Below, piece by piece: positions 26,967 to 39,413 of a stretch of 64,000 nucleotides of DNA. Each line of letters opens with the position of its first letter. Position 1 is the first letter of the stretch. The stretch lies in assembly GCF_964204645.1 (NCBI RefSeq), contig NC_134028.1, positions 8,680,001 through 8,744,000 on the forward strand, read 5' to 3'. The notes under the pieces were generated by a model that saw nothing but the letters and a program-made list of their open reading frames with translations, ran no database searches and had not been told where the DNA came from. Made by a program: the position numbers and the translations under genes. This DNA is from Tubulanus polymorphus (lineage: Eukaryota > Animalia > Nemertea).

Positions 26967-27256
26967 CATAACTGCCTGGCGCATTCGACCAACACTAGTC
27001 CTGTATGTATATGTATTTGAATATAGTTAAGTTTTATGAAAGTAAATGATAATATATGGTCGTTGATGGAAGTAATACCGGACAGTATGGTACAGTTCCG
27101 TAACGCTAAAAATCTGGTGGTTACGAAATTTTGTTCTTTTTTCTGTTTTTTTTTGGCAATATGATTGTATATATTCGGTCAGTAAAATGAGAATGATATA
27201 ATTGTTAAATGATATGAATAATTAATATATTCAAAATGTTGTATAAATATATAATG

Positions 27257-27257
<1 letters not shown>

Positions 27258-27342
<85 letters not shown>
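27258..27342. repeat. (TA)n microsatellite
   Basis: Directly visible. Confidence 0.97.
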
Positions 27343-27346
<4 letters not shown>

Positions 27347-28726
27347 ATATTAAATGACTAATAAAAAACAGTATATATCTATTTTGACGTGTTTCTCTGT
27401 TTCGGCCGTATACAGCTTCCAACTAGGGTCAAGCACTTTTAGGTAGCACTTTTCAGAGGTTGGCAGCCCGGCGCATTGGCTGGTACGCACTGACAGGTTC
27501 GATGATGTAAATCCTAAAGTATCTTCTGTGCGCCCAAAATCTTGCCGGTTCCTGGGTGCAGTTAATAAGTTTGAACAACTGTAAACAAAACAAACCGACG
27601 AAATTGAAGAAAAAGGGAGTGAGGTAGGGAGAGGAGAGCCATGTTCAGAGAAACAGATTTGGAAATTGATCATAGAACTCACAACGTCACTACTCTCTTA
27701 GTTTTTTTCGCTGTTGGCCCAGCCAAAACTTCGGACCAAGCCCGAGCTAAATTTTTACTACGGCTCAAATATTTGCGTTTGAATTTGAACTGATTCCGGT
27801 GGTAGAATGACTCGCTAATCGAGTGAGTGGTTTGCGTGTGAACGCGCTCTCTAATTAAGGCACGGTCCAAATTTGACTCGGGCCTGACTTGGGTCCGGCT
27901 AAATCGTCTCTGTGTGACAACGTAGCTGTTGAACTTTGCCCAGATTTTTTAGCCCCGATTCTAGAGAAAATTTTGCGGTTAACGCTAAGAAAGGAAAGGT
28001 CCCCTTGGCTCTGAATTGAGATGGGAAAGTGATGAGATACGGGTTAATTATACGCCACCGGCGCGCACGTACGTATATCACATTCAATGGATCGTTGCTT
28101 TTCATCGTTCCGGACTAATGCTTTGTCTAGACAATTTCTCTGTTTTCTCTACGCGCAGATTTTAGGTGAATCAATTATGTAGAATCCCCGAAGAACGTGA
28201 CCCGAAGATAACTAAAATACAGATTAAAACAAACAAAAAATATGAAAACATCCATAAATCGCATTGAAAACATAATCAGCTCCGCGTTTTACTTTAGGGT
28301 AGTGAAACAAAGCGCATGAAGCAGGATAGTTCGTTTGAATTCTATAAAATTGAATATAATTGGAGAATCTTCTCGATGACGTCAATGCATAGTTAGTAAC
28401 AATGGCGTTTGGTGATGTCGCCCACGTCTTCCATTTTGCCCGACGGAATAAGAAAGTTCATCGCGACTTCTTAAACATTCTTTGTAGAATATCAAAAGGT
28501 GACGCGGTCACATGCGGTAAAACTCAATGCAGTCCTACGCACCGTAATTCTGAAGAGAAATTGAAAAAAGGAATTCAAAAACAGTGTAACCTGTGTTGAA
28601 TACGAATCGTGTGGGCTTAAGTGAAATTGTCGTATTTAACCGGTTTTTCGTATTTTATCCAAATCTTGATTGATATGAATATCTAAGCCGGGACATGCTG
28701 GAAAATATCGTTATATAAACTGGTTT

Positions 28727-29117
28727 CAGGGCCGCATCCATAGGGGCACAGTTTGCTAGGAGCACAAAGAAATAAAACGAGCATATATACTAAAATGGGG
28801 CCGAATTTCGGGGAAAAATTTCATAATCTTCCGTAGTTCAATAGAACTTATAAGTGCCAGTAGTGCATTTTTCTGATCCCAGTTTTGACTGCCTGGGTAT
28901 ACTTAAAGGGCCTTCAATTCCACGCAGTCAAGACAGGGATGAGAAAAATGTATCAATTTCGGTGCATTTTCATACAGTTTCTATGCATTTGGGACATGAG
29001 AATAATAGCTTAATCTAAACCTTAAGCTGCGGTCTGCTGTATTATACGTCGCGGGTGGAAAAAGTTGCCGTATTTTCAAAAGGGTACGGGAAAATGCTAC
29101 CGTCGGGATCCGCCCCT
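28727..29117. mobile_element. Non-autonomous element with CAGGGGCGGATCC-type termini (related ends at ~1030, 4577, 10434, 20366)
   Basis: cagggccgcatccatagggg at the left end and ggatccgcccct at the right end. Confidence 0.55.
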
Positions 29118-31399
29118 TCGTTTCAAACCGGATCGTCTAAACGATGATCAACTGGAGATCATTTTCAATTGAAAACTGTAGAAACACGAAGGAGATCATA
29201 AAATCATTACATTTTGAACATTCCATCGCGGAAAAAAATATTTCGAGTTCGTGTGTGACATTTCTGGTAAGAATATATAAATTCGAAATATTCGAACCAT
29301 AAATTCGGGTAAGTTTTCAAAAACACCTGATTTCGGTAGAAAGAAGATTTCCTGTACATGATCTATGTAATGTGAAGCATAACAAAAAACCCTTCATTTA
29401 ATCGAGCAATTGAATTTATATACGACTTTATCGGTTAAGTAAACACCAGGGCACGAATCATTGAAATTAGTCGTACATACCCTCGGATTTTGTCCAGGGT
29501 CGTTTTTAAAAGAATTTACCGGTCACCGATCGAGATTCCCAATACGAAATTTGAAAACAAATCCGTTTTTCAGATGTATCTATTCGCTTCCAAAAGACTA
29601 CATCGCGCAGTTTTATGCTTCAACTCATTTCCATGCGACAGAGAAGTAGAAATATAATATCAGGGAAACAAAAGGTTGTGAAGGGTTGAACTTCTGTGTG
29701 GTACGACGAGGCGAGTCTATAAGCAACGGGGGCCAGCTGCTCATAAGTTAGTTAACCAGTTAACCAGTGGATACTACTATAGTGAATTTGCATTGTTATC
29801 TTGAAATAGGGATTGACCCCGTTATTTATTTGATCGGTAGATTTCGTTTGGATTTTTTTTTATTTGTTGTCCCTTACAAACCCACCATACATGCCGGGAT
29901 CGTAGAGAGGTTTGATTTTGAAATCGAAAATCAAAGTACAGATACAGTTGTGCGATCGGCGTTCGGGTTTACAGAATTTTTTGTTTAAATAGAGTTACAT
30001 TATCGACAAATTCGGTTGCGGGTCGTTCTACCATGCTAAGTGTTGTCCACCAGTTGTTGTCTGACCAATTTTTGAGCAACCGGCCCCGAGGGAAGCGAAT
30101 AAAACAATGGTCGGGTTCTACTGGATGTCCATGCGAGGTCAAGGTATAAAAGTCAATGACCACCCACGATTCAACACTAATGGAGCGACCCAGCGTTGTT
30201 GCACAGTACGTGGGAGGATGTAGGCGGTGTTTGAAGAGGCAGAGCCGTTTAATTGAGTGTCCACTTAAATACAGTTTCTCCTATACTTAATCAACACTTA
30301 GTATTTTCGCCTACTTAATTCCTTTTTAACGATAGGCCATGCGCGGTCATATACGTACTATTCCGCCGAATTCGGCTAATATGTGATTCCGATAAATCTC
30401 GTTCGGAATTCTAGTTTGTGAATTTTGAAAGAAATCGGTTTGTGTTGACTTTTTCTTCTCGATAACGGATCGATAACGCGAAGAAAGGAATGCGTCGACC
30501 CGATTTGACCTCGTACACAAGTACGACAGTTCTAAACTTAAAACAGCATACCTACACGGTCGCGTGTTTTCTAACCCGTAGGACCATATAACAAACAACA
30601 TTCCTTTCGCCGTATGCGCTCATAGAAAAATATATCAAGACATATTTCTTGCACGAATATAATAATAAAAAGCACGAATATAGCACGCTATTTGTCGATA
30701 TAATTGCAATTGAATGAGAGCGAAATAGTTTTTTTCTCTCGATAAGAAACGCACATATTTATTTTCTAAAGTGGTTTTTTACGCGACGAATCACGTAGTA
30801 AAATGCGAGAACAGATTCCATCGGCCTCGCGTACCGCAGGTGGTTTAAAAAAAAAATAAAACTCGCAAATGACGAGAGACGACGATATCAACCTCGAAAC
30901 GAATATAGATTTATGATAAACCGTTGATGAAATAAAGTCAATAAAGTGAGATCTAATGATGATGATAATTTATTTTTCATTTAACTTATAAGGAAAGAGG
31001 CTTAGAGGCTCAACAGGTCACTGCACCTGAAAAAAATTATGATAATTATAGTAGTAGTAATAATAATAATAATGATAATGATAATAACAAAAACTAATGA
31101 TTATCAGTAACATTAACAATAATATTAAGTATTAGATAAAGATAATGATAGCAGTAACAATATACATTTACAAACAAACATTTAAGAATAGACACACGAG
31201 TTTTTATGAGGATTCTGTGTCCTTCCCGCGCGTGCTTAGGTGTGATTTAATTTTAGCGGCTAAGGTGGGCTTCGTGTTATCATACGGTTTAGCGAGTTAG
31301 TAGCTAATCGAAACACCACCTTGACTGTTATCTAATTATTAGTCATGATTGACTAAGATTGAGTTAATATCTAACTTAATATAGAATATATATAGAATA

Positions 31400-31640
31400 C
31401 TGAATTCGATGACTGTACGGCGGATATTAATCTCAGTATATTGAGTCAACAAGTAAAAACCCACAGTTAATATTAAAGCGTTTATTGTATTGACAGTTTC
31501 GGAATTTATCTAAACTCCTTCATCAGAGAAACCGAAATGCTAAAATAGTTACAGTAATTTTTCAAATACAGTTAGATAAACTCCGAAACTTTCCGACAAT
31601 CAACGTTTTAACATCGACAACGGGTTTTTTAATTGTTAAC
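31400..31640 (-). mobile_element. Penelope-like element terminal-repeat remnant: partial inverted duplication carrying a minimal hammerhead-type core
   Basis: Minus strand 31526-31492 reads CTGATGA-AGGAGTTTAGATAAATTCC-GAAACTGTC; a truncated inverted copy (agttagataaactccgaaact...) starts at ~31570. Confidence 0.55.
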
Positions 31641-31910
31641 TAAAATCGCGCTGCAGAGGAGACAACCTCGTTGTTAGTTCTAGTTAGTTTAGTTAGTTCT
31701 AACTAACAGAGAAAGCCACCACGAATAAAATCAGTACGCACTGTTTTTCACCTAAATCAACCCACGCTGATATCGAATGGAAACCACAGGTGCCGTGGGG
31801 TCTCAAAGCGATGACGACACGTTGACCTGACCTACGGCGGGTCAAATCACGAACTGGTTCGATTAACAAATTTAAATGTATTATCTAATCCGGTTGCTCG
31901 GGTATGGTGA

Positions 31911-32179
31911 CAAGGCCTGTACCGAGGGCGGGGACATAGTTGGGGTAAGCGAACGAACCTCCTTATTCAAATGTGCCCTTCAATAAGCCAGTGTCAAAAA
32001 ATTCGGGTCAAGATGTTACGATATTTGGATACAATTTTTTGTATTTTTCCTTTTTTCTAAACTGAAAAGGGATCGATTCTCAAAAGAATTTTTCAGAAGG
32101 AAAGTGCCCATTTCACGGTGAAAAAGTGCCCATTTTTCTTGACAAAGTACTACCCCTCAAAAAGGTCGGCACGGACCTG
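31911..32179. mobile_element. Non-autonomous element with CAGG(C/T)CCGTGCC-type termini and AAAGTGCCC subrepeats (partial copy at ~6210-6290)
   Basis: caaggcctgtaccga pairs with tcggcacggacctg; repeated aaagtgccc motifs. Confidence 0.55.
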
Positions 32180-32374
32180 GTGACTCTTTTGAAATATTGA
32201 TACAGCGACGAAGTCGATCACATATTTGAAATTTCTGCCCGAATCCGACGACATACTTTGTCATTATCGAAAGGTTGACTCCTCGAGTTTTGGACGACAA
32301 CCGAACGGTCTCTGACGTGCCATGGGATGGCGCATGCGCACATGTAAGTTGATTGAACTATAAGTTTATTGAAG

Positions 32375-32560
<186 letters not shown>

Positions 32561-32675
32561 ATATTACTACGAATAATAGTACACTTAAAACACGCGTTCC
32601 TACTACTACGTGCTGCCTGGCGGTCGGTCGGTTTACGCGCGCGGTCTGATCATCGCTTTAACAACATTCAACACT

Positions 32676-35600
32676 ATGAATTACGGCTCGTTCGAATTGT
32701 GTACGCTTTTTACATGCGGACTTTTCGCTGTGACTGGTGAGTTTTAAGCATCATCTATCTCGTATTCTAGTTATTAGCGGATCGATTCTATTTCGTTGCT
32801 ATTTTGTATATTGTACATGTTTTTTTTTTCAAAATATATCGATCGTACGTATACGAATGCGTTAATTCTTTTGATCATTTCATGTAGGCCTTAAATCGAT
32901 CATAGTTTTCACTGGAATAAAAATAAGTCGGAAAAACACGATATTTTTAATAAGTAGATATAACGATTCGTTTTTCAAGAGGTTTCAATATTTTCAACAT
33001 CGTAATCATTGACCTTGAGTTGTACGAACGTAGTGTATATTCTTTGTGCATCAAAACAAGGCTTTAATATATAATCATAGGTGGGATTTGTGTACCGCAG
33101 GCCCACCTTATTCTGAAATACACACGTCGCAGGTGAAATGCCGATTGTAAATCTATGCGGTTCTTGGAAAAAGATTTCGAAGATATTTTGAAATTGAGCC
33201 AAAAACTGTATTTAATTTGAAGCCAAACGACGAAAAATGCTTCTATATCGTTATTGGAGGGTCAATTGTAATGTATTTGCAAATTACGAGGTATACAACG
33301 CGACGCCTGCTGTGGTTGGATACTGTGTGTCGAGTTTGTCAAATCAGACAGAAGGGATTCTCTCCCAAAATAACAAATTAAGTAATGTTAAGTACTTTGT
33401 CAAAGGGCGAATCGAGTTTCCCTCTTTATTTCATCGTAGATCTCGATTGGATGAAAAGTGAGTTTAAATAAAAATCGTTAAGGTTAGTTTTTAAGATAGA
33501 AAATGGACATTAAGCGATTTTCGAGGGTGATTCGATAATTTGTGTCGATAAAATTGCAAAATTAGGTTTATAAAACTTTTTTCTAATAAAACTTCAATAG
33601 AAAAGTATGCATCGAATTTTGCCTTGCGTGAAACGTTCGGGGAGATCTTAAAAGATCTTAAAGTGGAATTCCTCGAACTTCGCCATAAATATTAAAAGTT
33701 TTACTGCTTCTCGTGAAAACTACGATCTTTGCAAAACTTCCCCACATAAGAGTAATTGTCTAATTTTATTGCGGTTAAAAGCAGCAGAAATTCCAGGAAA
33801 GTTCAAAACCAGTTTTTTGAACTTTTTTTTACCTTGAATCTCAAAAGTACTTAAATATATCATACAATACTAAGAACATGGACATTGTGCAACCTTGGAG
33901 TAATCAGACTGAATCAGTTTGGTTACTTCAAGGCGCAACTCGGGTTGTATACGCGGGAGCTATTGCTAAAGAGGAACCGCTATACAGAACGAAGTGTAAT
34001 TCCAATAACGGTGATATTTTGCTATGCCCGCTGATTTGGGAACCTGCAACGACACAGGCTATACCGAATCTATCCCCTGCCCCCACCCCCTTCAAAAATG
34101 GATGTTCAACCGTCTCTTCCACCTTCGTCTCGAAAGCATGGACCAGGGGGAAGTAGAGCGTAAGTCAGATAATTATGTCGGTAGGGGTGACTTACCGGAT
34201 TATGATATCTATCTAGTTTCCTCCTACTTCTGGATTCCGGAAATTTTTGCTCTGCATTTGTATTTCTTTTACAGGTTAACTACTGTTTCAATGTCTATTT
34301 CAGTTCACTATCTTTTATTTTGTCGAACTGCTGGTGCTTAGTAAAAATAGTCTTACATTTTCTAGATTCTACTTAAATAACAAAGTTCATCTTCTTCTTG
34401 TACAAATGTTAAAAAGGTTCATTTCTTTTTATTCATTTCTGTTTGTGCGTGCATATAGAGAAATATGTCATTCCCGTGTAGGCTTGATATGCCTTACGTG
34501 AATTAAAAACGGCGAAGTTAATTCCATTTTTATCACAGCGGCGAGGAAAGGTATTTCACAGATCCAATCTATGATTTTCATATGATATGAAACTATTTCG
34601 AGTTTTGGATTTCAAGCATTTTTGTCATATATACATAACTCATCTCCGGATCGTTGTTTTCATCCACCTCTCACCCTCGGCAAATTTCTCAACCATACAT
34701 TTTTTTTTCGCTCGCACATGTATCTCGCTGTTTTCCCGCTTCCTCTGTTCTCTACGTCGCCGCTCAATTAATGCGTGTACCACGTAGGCCTGCGTTCGGT
34801 TGTTTATCAAGGTTTCCTAGCACTGGTAAAGAGAAAGTCCTTCAACTGCCGGAAATACTAAGATTTATAATGATAAACTGAACGCAGATTTCAGGCGATG
34901 TTTTATGCCTCATTCTCGTAAGGAGCCGCATTCTTGGCACCGGTTGAAAAAATTCCCAGGGGCTTCGTTTAGCTCGGACACCTGTTAACAGGTAATAAAG
35001 GACTGGTTCCGCAAGATCGCGTGCTCACCGGGAACCAGTCTGCGTGTAGTGTTTACTCCCGTTACATTCCAAACAACTGCTTTAGCTACCTGGGGTAAAC
35101 AGAAGAAAAATATTCGCCTCGATTCCTGACTTTAAAAACATTTGTTCGTCCTGTCAATGAAAAGCAAGTTCTAAGTACCTCGGAATTCTTATTTTGCACA
35201 TGCACCCTCCAGATCGTCAATGTATTTTCGTATTATAGAATTGATCGAAAATCTTGCGATATAAATTCGGACAACTATCTCATCTTATATTCAGCTAACA
35301 TGGTCTCGTTGCCAATGTTAGTGACTGGGGCTGAATTTCGAATGTCTCGAATCTACGAGTTATGTCTATCGCCCAAAAACGACGGCCTAAACAATTTCGT
35401 ATCATAAAATTTTTTGGGTTGCGAGTTTTTTTTTTCTTTGAAGAAAAAGCTCACCGTGAAAAACAATAGAAAATAAATCTAAGGCCTGTATACACTTACG
35501 GTACTTAGTACATGAACGCGTGCGGCGTAGACTCTATACGTCCTGAAAAAAAGGTATCATTTTCTGGGCATCTAGAGTGTTTCTAACATGAAATTACCGG

Positions 35601-36217
35601 CAATCATTTGCCAATGTATAACTTTCTTAAGCCAGGCTGTGAAAACGTTGTCTTGAAGGGCGTTGGGGTCCGCTTACATCAGGAGTTCCATTCCCTATCG
35701 CTATGCTGTACGCATGCAAAATTTTTCATTAAGCAGTATGGATTAAACATTAGAACTTAATTCCAAATGACTAAGCGGTAAAACAATATATCATATGTAT
35801 TGATATCTATATTTTTCAGGGGCGATCGTTCCACATGGGTTTGATTTTCTGGAGAATGCCAGAATCGGTTTATCGACTGACTTTTCACGCGGATTCCGAT
35901 TCCGACCTAGTCACCTCAGGTGTTGTAAAGTCGGCGAGAAAACCGCCAGAAAACGACTGAAATGTGACCTGTCGACCGTTATCAGCGCGGTGAAAAAACG
36001 CGACCGTTACATTAACGTTTCCAATCGCTATCCGCAACTAAAAACCTATCCGAAACGTTTGCGACAAAAAATCGAAAAATGCTCCGAGAATTTCGAGAAG
36101 AGTTTCGAAAAATGTTGCGCGTACCGACAGGAATATTACAAGGAGCTGGACAAATGCAGAAAGCGACCAGGACGTGAAAGGAGACGGTGTAGACTAGCGG
36201 TGAGAGAACGATACTAG
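32676..36217 (+). CDS. Two-exon gene (32676-32736, 35820-36217) for a 152-aa secreted cationic protein with an anaphylatoxin-like Cys pattern
   Basis: Exon 1 ATG..ACT G|GTGAGT encodes the signal-like MNYGSFELCTLFTCGLFAVTG. Exon 2 follows TTTTTCAG in the matching phase and stays open to TAG at 36215-36217, containing CCKVG-x9-C...C-x7-FEKCC. Total 459 nt = 153 codons. Confidence 0.72.
33215..33462 (+). repeat. ~250-bp dispersed repeat; second copy at ~36968-37218
   Basis: atttgaagccaaa(c/t)gac..aaaatgct.ctatatcgttat...gacgcctgctgtggt.ggatactgtgt...tcatcgtagatct..attgga.gaaaagtga occurs at both sites. Confidence 0.8.
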
Positions 36218-36849
36218 ATGGTGTCGTGTGATATCGGTACTATAGGTGGCGCTTCAATATTGTAATTTGTAATTGGACTTGTATAAGGCACACCTAAAAT
36301 GAATGCCGTAGAACTAAAAATCCTGGAATACCCATAATAGTCCATATTCATATGACGAGTTCTCATCTTAGACCAGAATTTTAAATGACTTACGTACGTA
36401 TGTGCTCTTTCCACATCCGCCAGCAACAATAGCGCAAAAGTTATTTCAAACTTGTATTTTCAGAGTTACAAATAAGGCACGCGGATCAGTCGGGTGGTTG
36501 TTTTAGCATGGGCGTGGCTACGATTTTTCCTAAGGGTTTCAGAATTAATACAAACCGAACTATATGTCATACTTCGCGCCGTGTCCGCCGAGCGCCGAAG
36601 GCGAACGAGCATTTCTGATTCCTTGACATTGCTTGCATGTTCTTATGTAGTCTTAATTCGTTGTTCAAATTCGCAATTTGAGAGGGCCGCCGTTTTCTGG
36701 ACTTTTTAAGGCTCAATATTTGCGAAATTTATGGAATTTGAAAAAAGAACAAACAATTTTGAACCAAAAGGATGCGGAACTGGGGGTGATCTTGCGAAAT
36801 GAAATCCTATCATTGATATCGAGGCATTGGAGACGAAACCCGGATCAAA

Positions 36850-37345
36850 ATGAATGACTAGTCATATTTAGAGACTTTCAGACGAAACGGCCTTTTGCGC
36901 CGCGAATGATAAACGTAGAATCTGTCCAACATTCGTTGCTGACGTAGATTTTTTTCAAAGTTGCATTTGATTTGAAGCCAAATGACAAAAATGCTACTAT
37001 ATCGTTATCGAAGGGCCAAAATGTATCTTTAAATTACGAGGCACGATGAGACGCCTGCTGTGGTCGGATACTGTGTATCGAGTTAGTGAAATCAGGTAGA
37101 GGGGATTCGCTCTCACCTCCCTGGTCAAAGTAAGTTAAGTGATAAAAAGTATTTTGTCAAAGGCGAATATAGTTTCCCTCTTTTTCTATCATCGTAGATC
37201 TAAATTGGAAGAAAAGTGATAGAAAATTGAATGACTAGTCATATTCACAACCTTTCAGACGAAACGGCCTTTTGCACCGTGAATAATAACGTAGAATCTG
37301 TCCAACATTCGTTGCTGACGTAGAAAGTTTTTTTTTCAAAGTTGT
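36850..37345 (+). repeat. A-B-A structure: ~115-bp direct repeats (36850-36965, 37228-37345) bracketing the 250-bp repeat
   Basis: gaatgactagtcatatt...ttcagacgaaacggccttttgc...cgtagaatctgtccaacattcgttgctgacgtaga occurs twice. Confidence 0.82.
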
Positions 37346-38264
37346 ACAAATGCGTAACTGTTGTAATAAGTAAGAATATATTTTTATTTCATCGCATGAC
37401 AAAAAAAAGATTGAAATGAACGAAAACCATAAACACGGCATTATGTGTTATTTGAATGAACCAAGAGGTTAGTACATTCCTATCGTTGAGTTCCTCGTCC
37501 AAATTCAAAGTATATTCAAAGCTTACGTGCGTCTATATCGTTTATAGGGACTTGATTGTAATTCATAATGCGCAGTGATTCGATGTAAAATAATCATTTG
37601 TTGATGTAAATTATCTTAAAGAAAAACAATAAATCTATACATTTCAACAGACAAGGGGTTGTTCTCGTGTTATTTTTCTCATTTTCGAGGTAGACTGCGT
37701 ATACAAAAAATAACCAGTGTTTGAAATAGCACACTTGATGCGTGTGAAAATATTGTCGGTAAAACAAGCAAAATTTTCCGAATAATCCTGTATTTCGTTT
37801 TGGCTTGTTTTTTTAATTTGAAATCAATCTAAATTCACATGTAAAAGTTGAGTCATCCACAGTTCAACCGATGAAAGGTTGAGTAATTTTATTTGTGTTG
37901 TAGATCAACGATCTTTCTTTTCCGAAATGCATACTTACCCGGTATATGCAAGCCGCTGATATCAGTTGTTAATTGATAACGCATGCGTATGGGCGACCAT
38001 CCCCATTTAGGTTGTTAGGTAGAAAGAAAGAGTCACAGCAAAAAAACTTTAGGATTCAAAATCAAACTGAAATAATGAACTTTAAACTCAGCACAATATG
38101 CATGAACAATTCGTATAGCAAGACAGATTTATTTTATCATGCGATGAGTAAGATTAAAACGGTTAGACACTTATTTGTACTGTTCCTGTTATTTGTATAA
38201 AGTTCCCCAGGCTTGCCGAACTCCTGAAAGAACTTCGCGCTGCCCGTGGCTAAAATCATCAAAC

Positions 38265-38478
38265 CCAATTATGTTCTTCGATTGAAACAAAAAATAAATT
38301 CTAGTAAATTTGACCGCCGATCACACAATTATGTACTTCGATTTCCGATTTCAAAATCAAACTCACTGTCTCGCTCCCGGCAGGTGTGGTGGGTTTGTAA
38401 GGGACACTCGATCAAAAAAATTCAAACGAAATCTACCAACCAAATGAATAACAGGGTCAATCCCTAGTTTAAGATTTT
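38265..38478 (+). repeat. Dispersed repeat shared with ~60768-60982
   Basis: ccaattatgt.cttcgatt...gaccgccgatca...gtacttcgatttccgatttcaaaatcaaac...cggcaggtgtggtgggt occurs at both sites in the same orientation. Confidence 0.8.
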
Positions 38479-39413
38479 AAGAAAATCATCAAACGCGTAG
38501 ATATTTCGCGATCAGCAGCACTTACAATCAGAGCATGGGCGCTGATAAATTAAATCAATCGCTTTAAAGTAAGTTACCGAATAGATCTTCTTTACTTAAG
38601 CTATAACGTATAATCGTGCAAAAGATGTAAAATCCCACACTATTGTTACCAAGAAATTTCTTCCATCTTAAATGTTGGAAGGTGATATAAACCACCCGAT
38701 ATATTTCTTACAATTTTCAAATAAACTCTTCAGTCTATTTAAAAGCGTAGGATTTTACATCTTAACGGTTTATCACGGGTATTGTGATTTTAGTAATTAA
38801 TCGTCTAATCATCCAAGTCAATTAATTTATGAACTGGTTAAAATCGCCATCAATTTGCGTCTATTTTTCTCAAAACCTGAGACCACACGTCAGCGATTAA
38901 TCGAAATCACTCATACTTACTTAATTGCTGATTGTTAATTGAATTTTATCATTTAGAACGTCTGAAGAACTTCGTTAGTATACCTCCCAGATCAATTATG
39001 ATGTTGATTAGATAATTAGATAATTACTGTCAATGTTAATTAGTGAGACGTGCTCCTGTCTCAGGTGTCGGGCCGAGTGACAAATGATCCACGTATAACA
39101 CACCTGATGTGATATCAGAAAATCAGTTCATTCAGTGACAAGTCATCATATCATCACTCACTTGATAGACCGATTATCACTCATCGGACTAACGGATTAG
39201 CACTCGATGATTAGTGGATTATCTCTCAGAGGATTTAATGATTACCGATCAGTATGCATAGTTACATTTTGAAAACGATTGTCTGGTGGATCATAGTAGT
39301 TTATTCGGTGACTGGTAAGCAACCCTTCATATCAGTGACCTGAATATTACTGACATCATGTCACAGATGAGAGATGGTATTTTGATATTGAAGGTTCTTT
39401 TTTGTAATTCTAG

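Noticed and set aside
28402-28599. VTCGKTQC resembling part of a VWC repeat (possible missing BMPER VWC1)
   Set aside because: Lacks the CxxCxC and CCxxC motifs, has no suitable donor, and ends in a stop.
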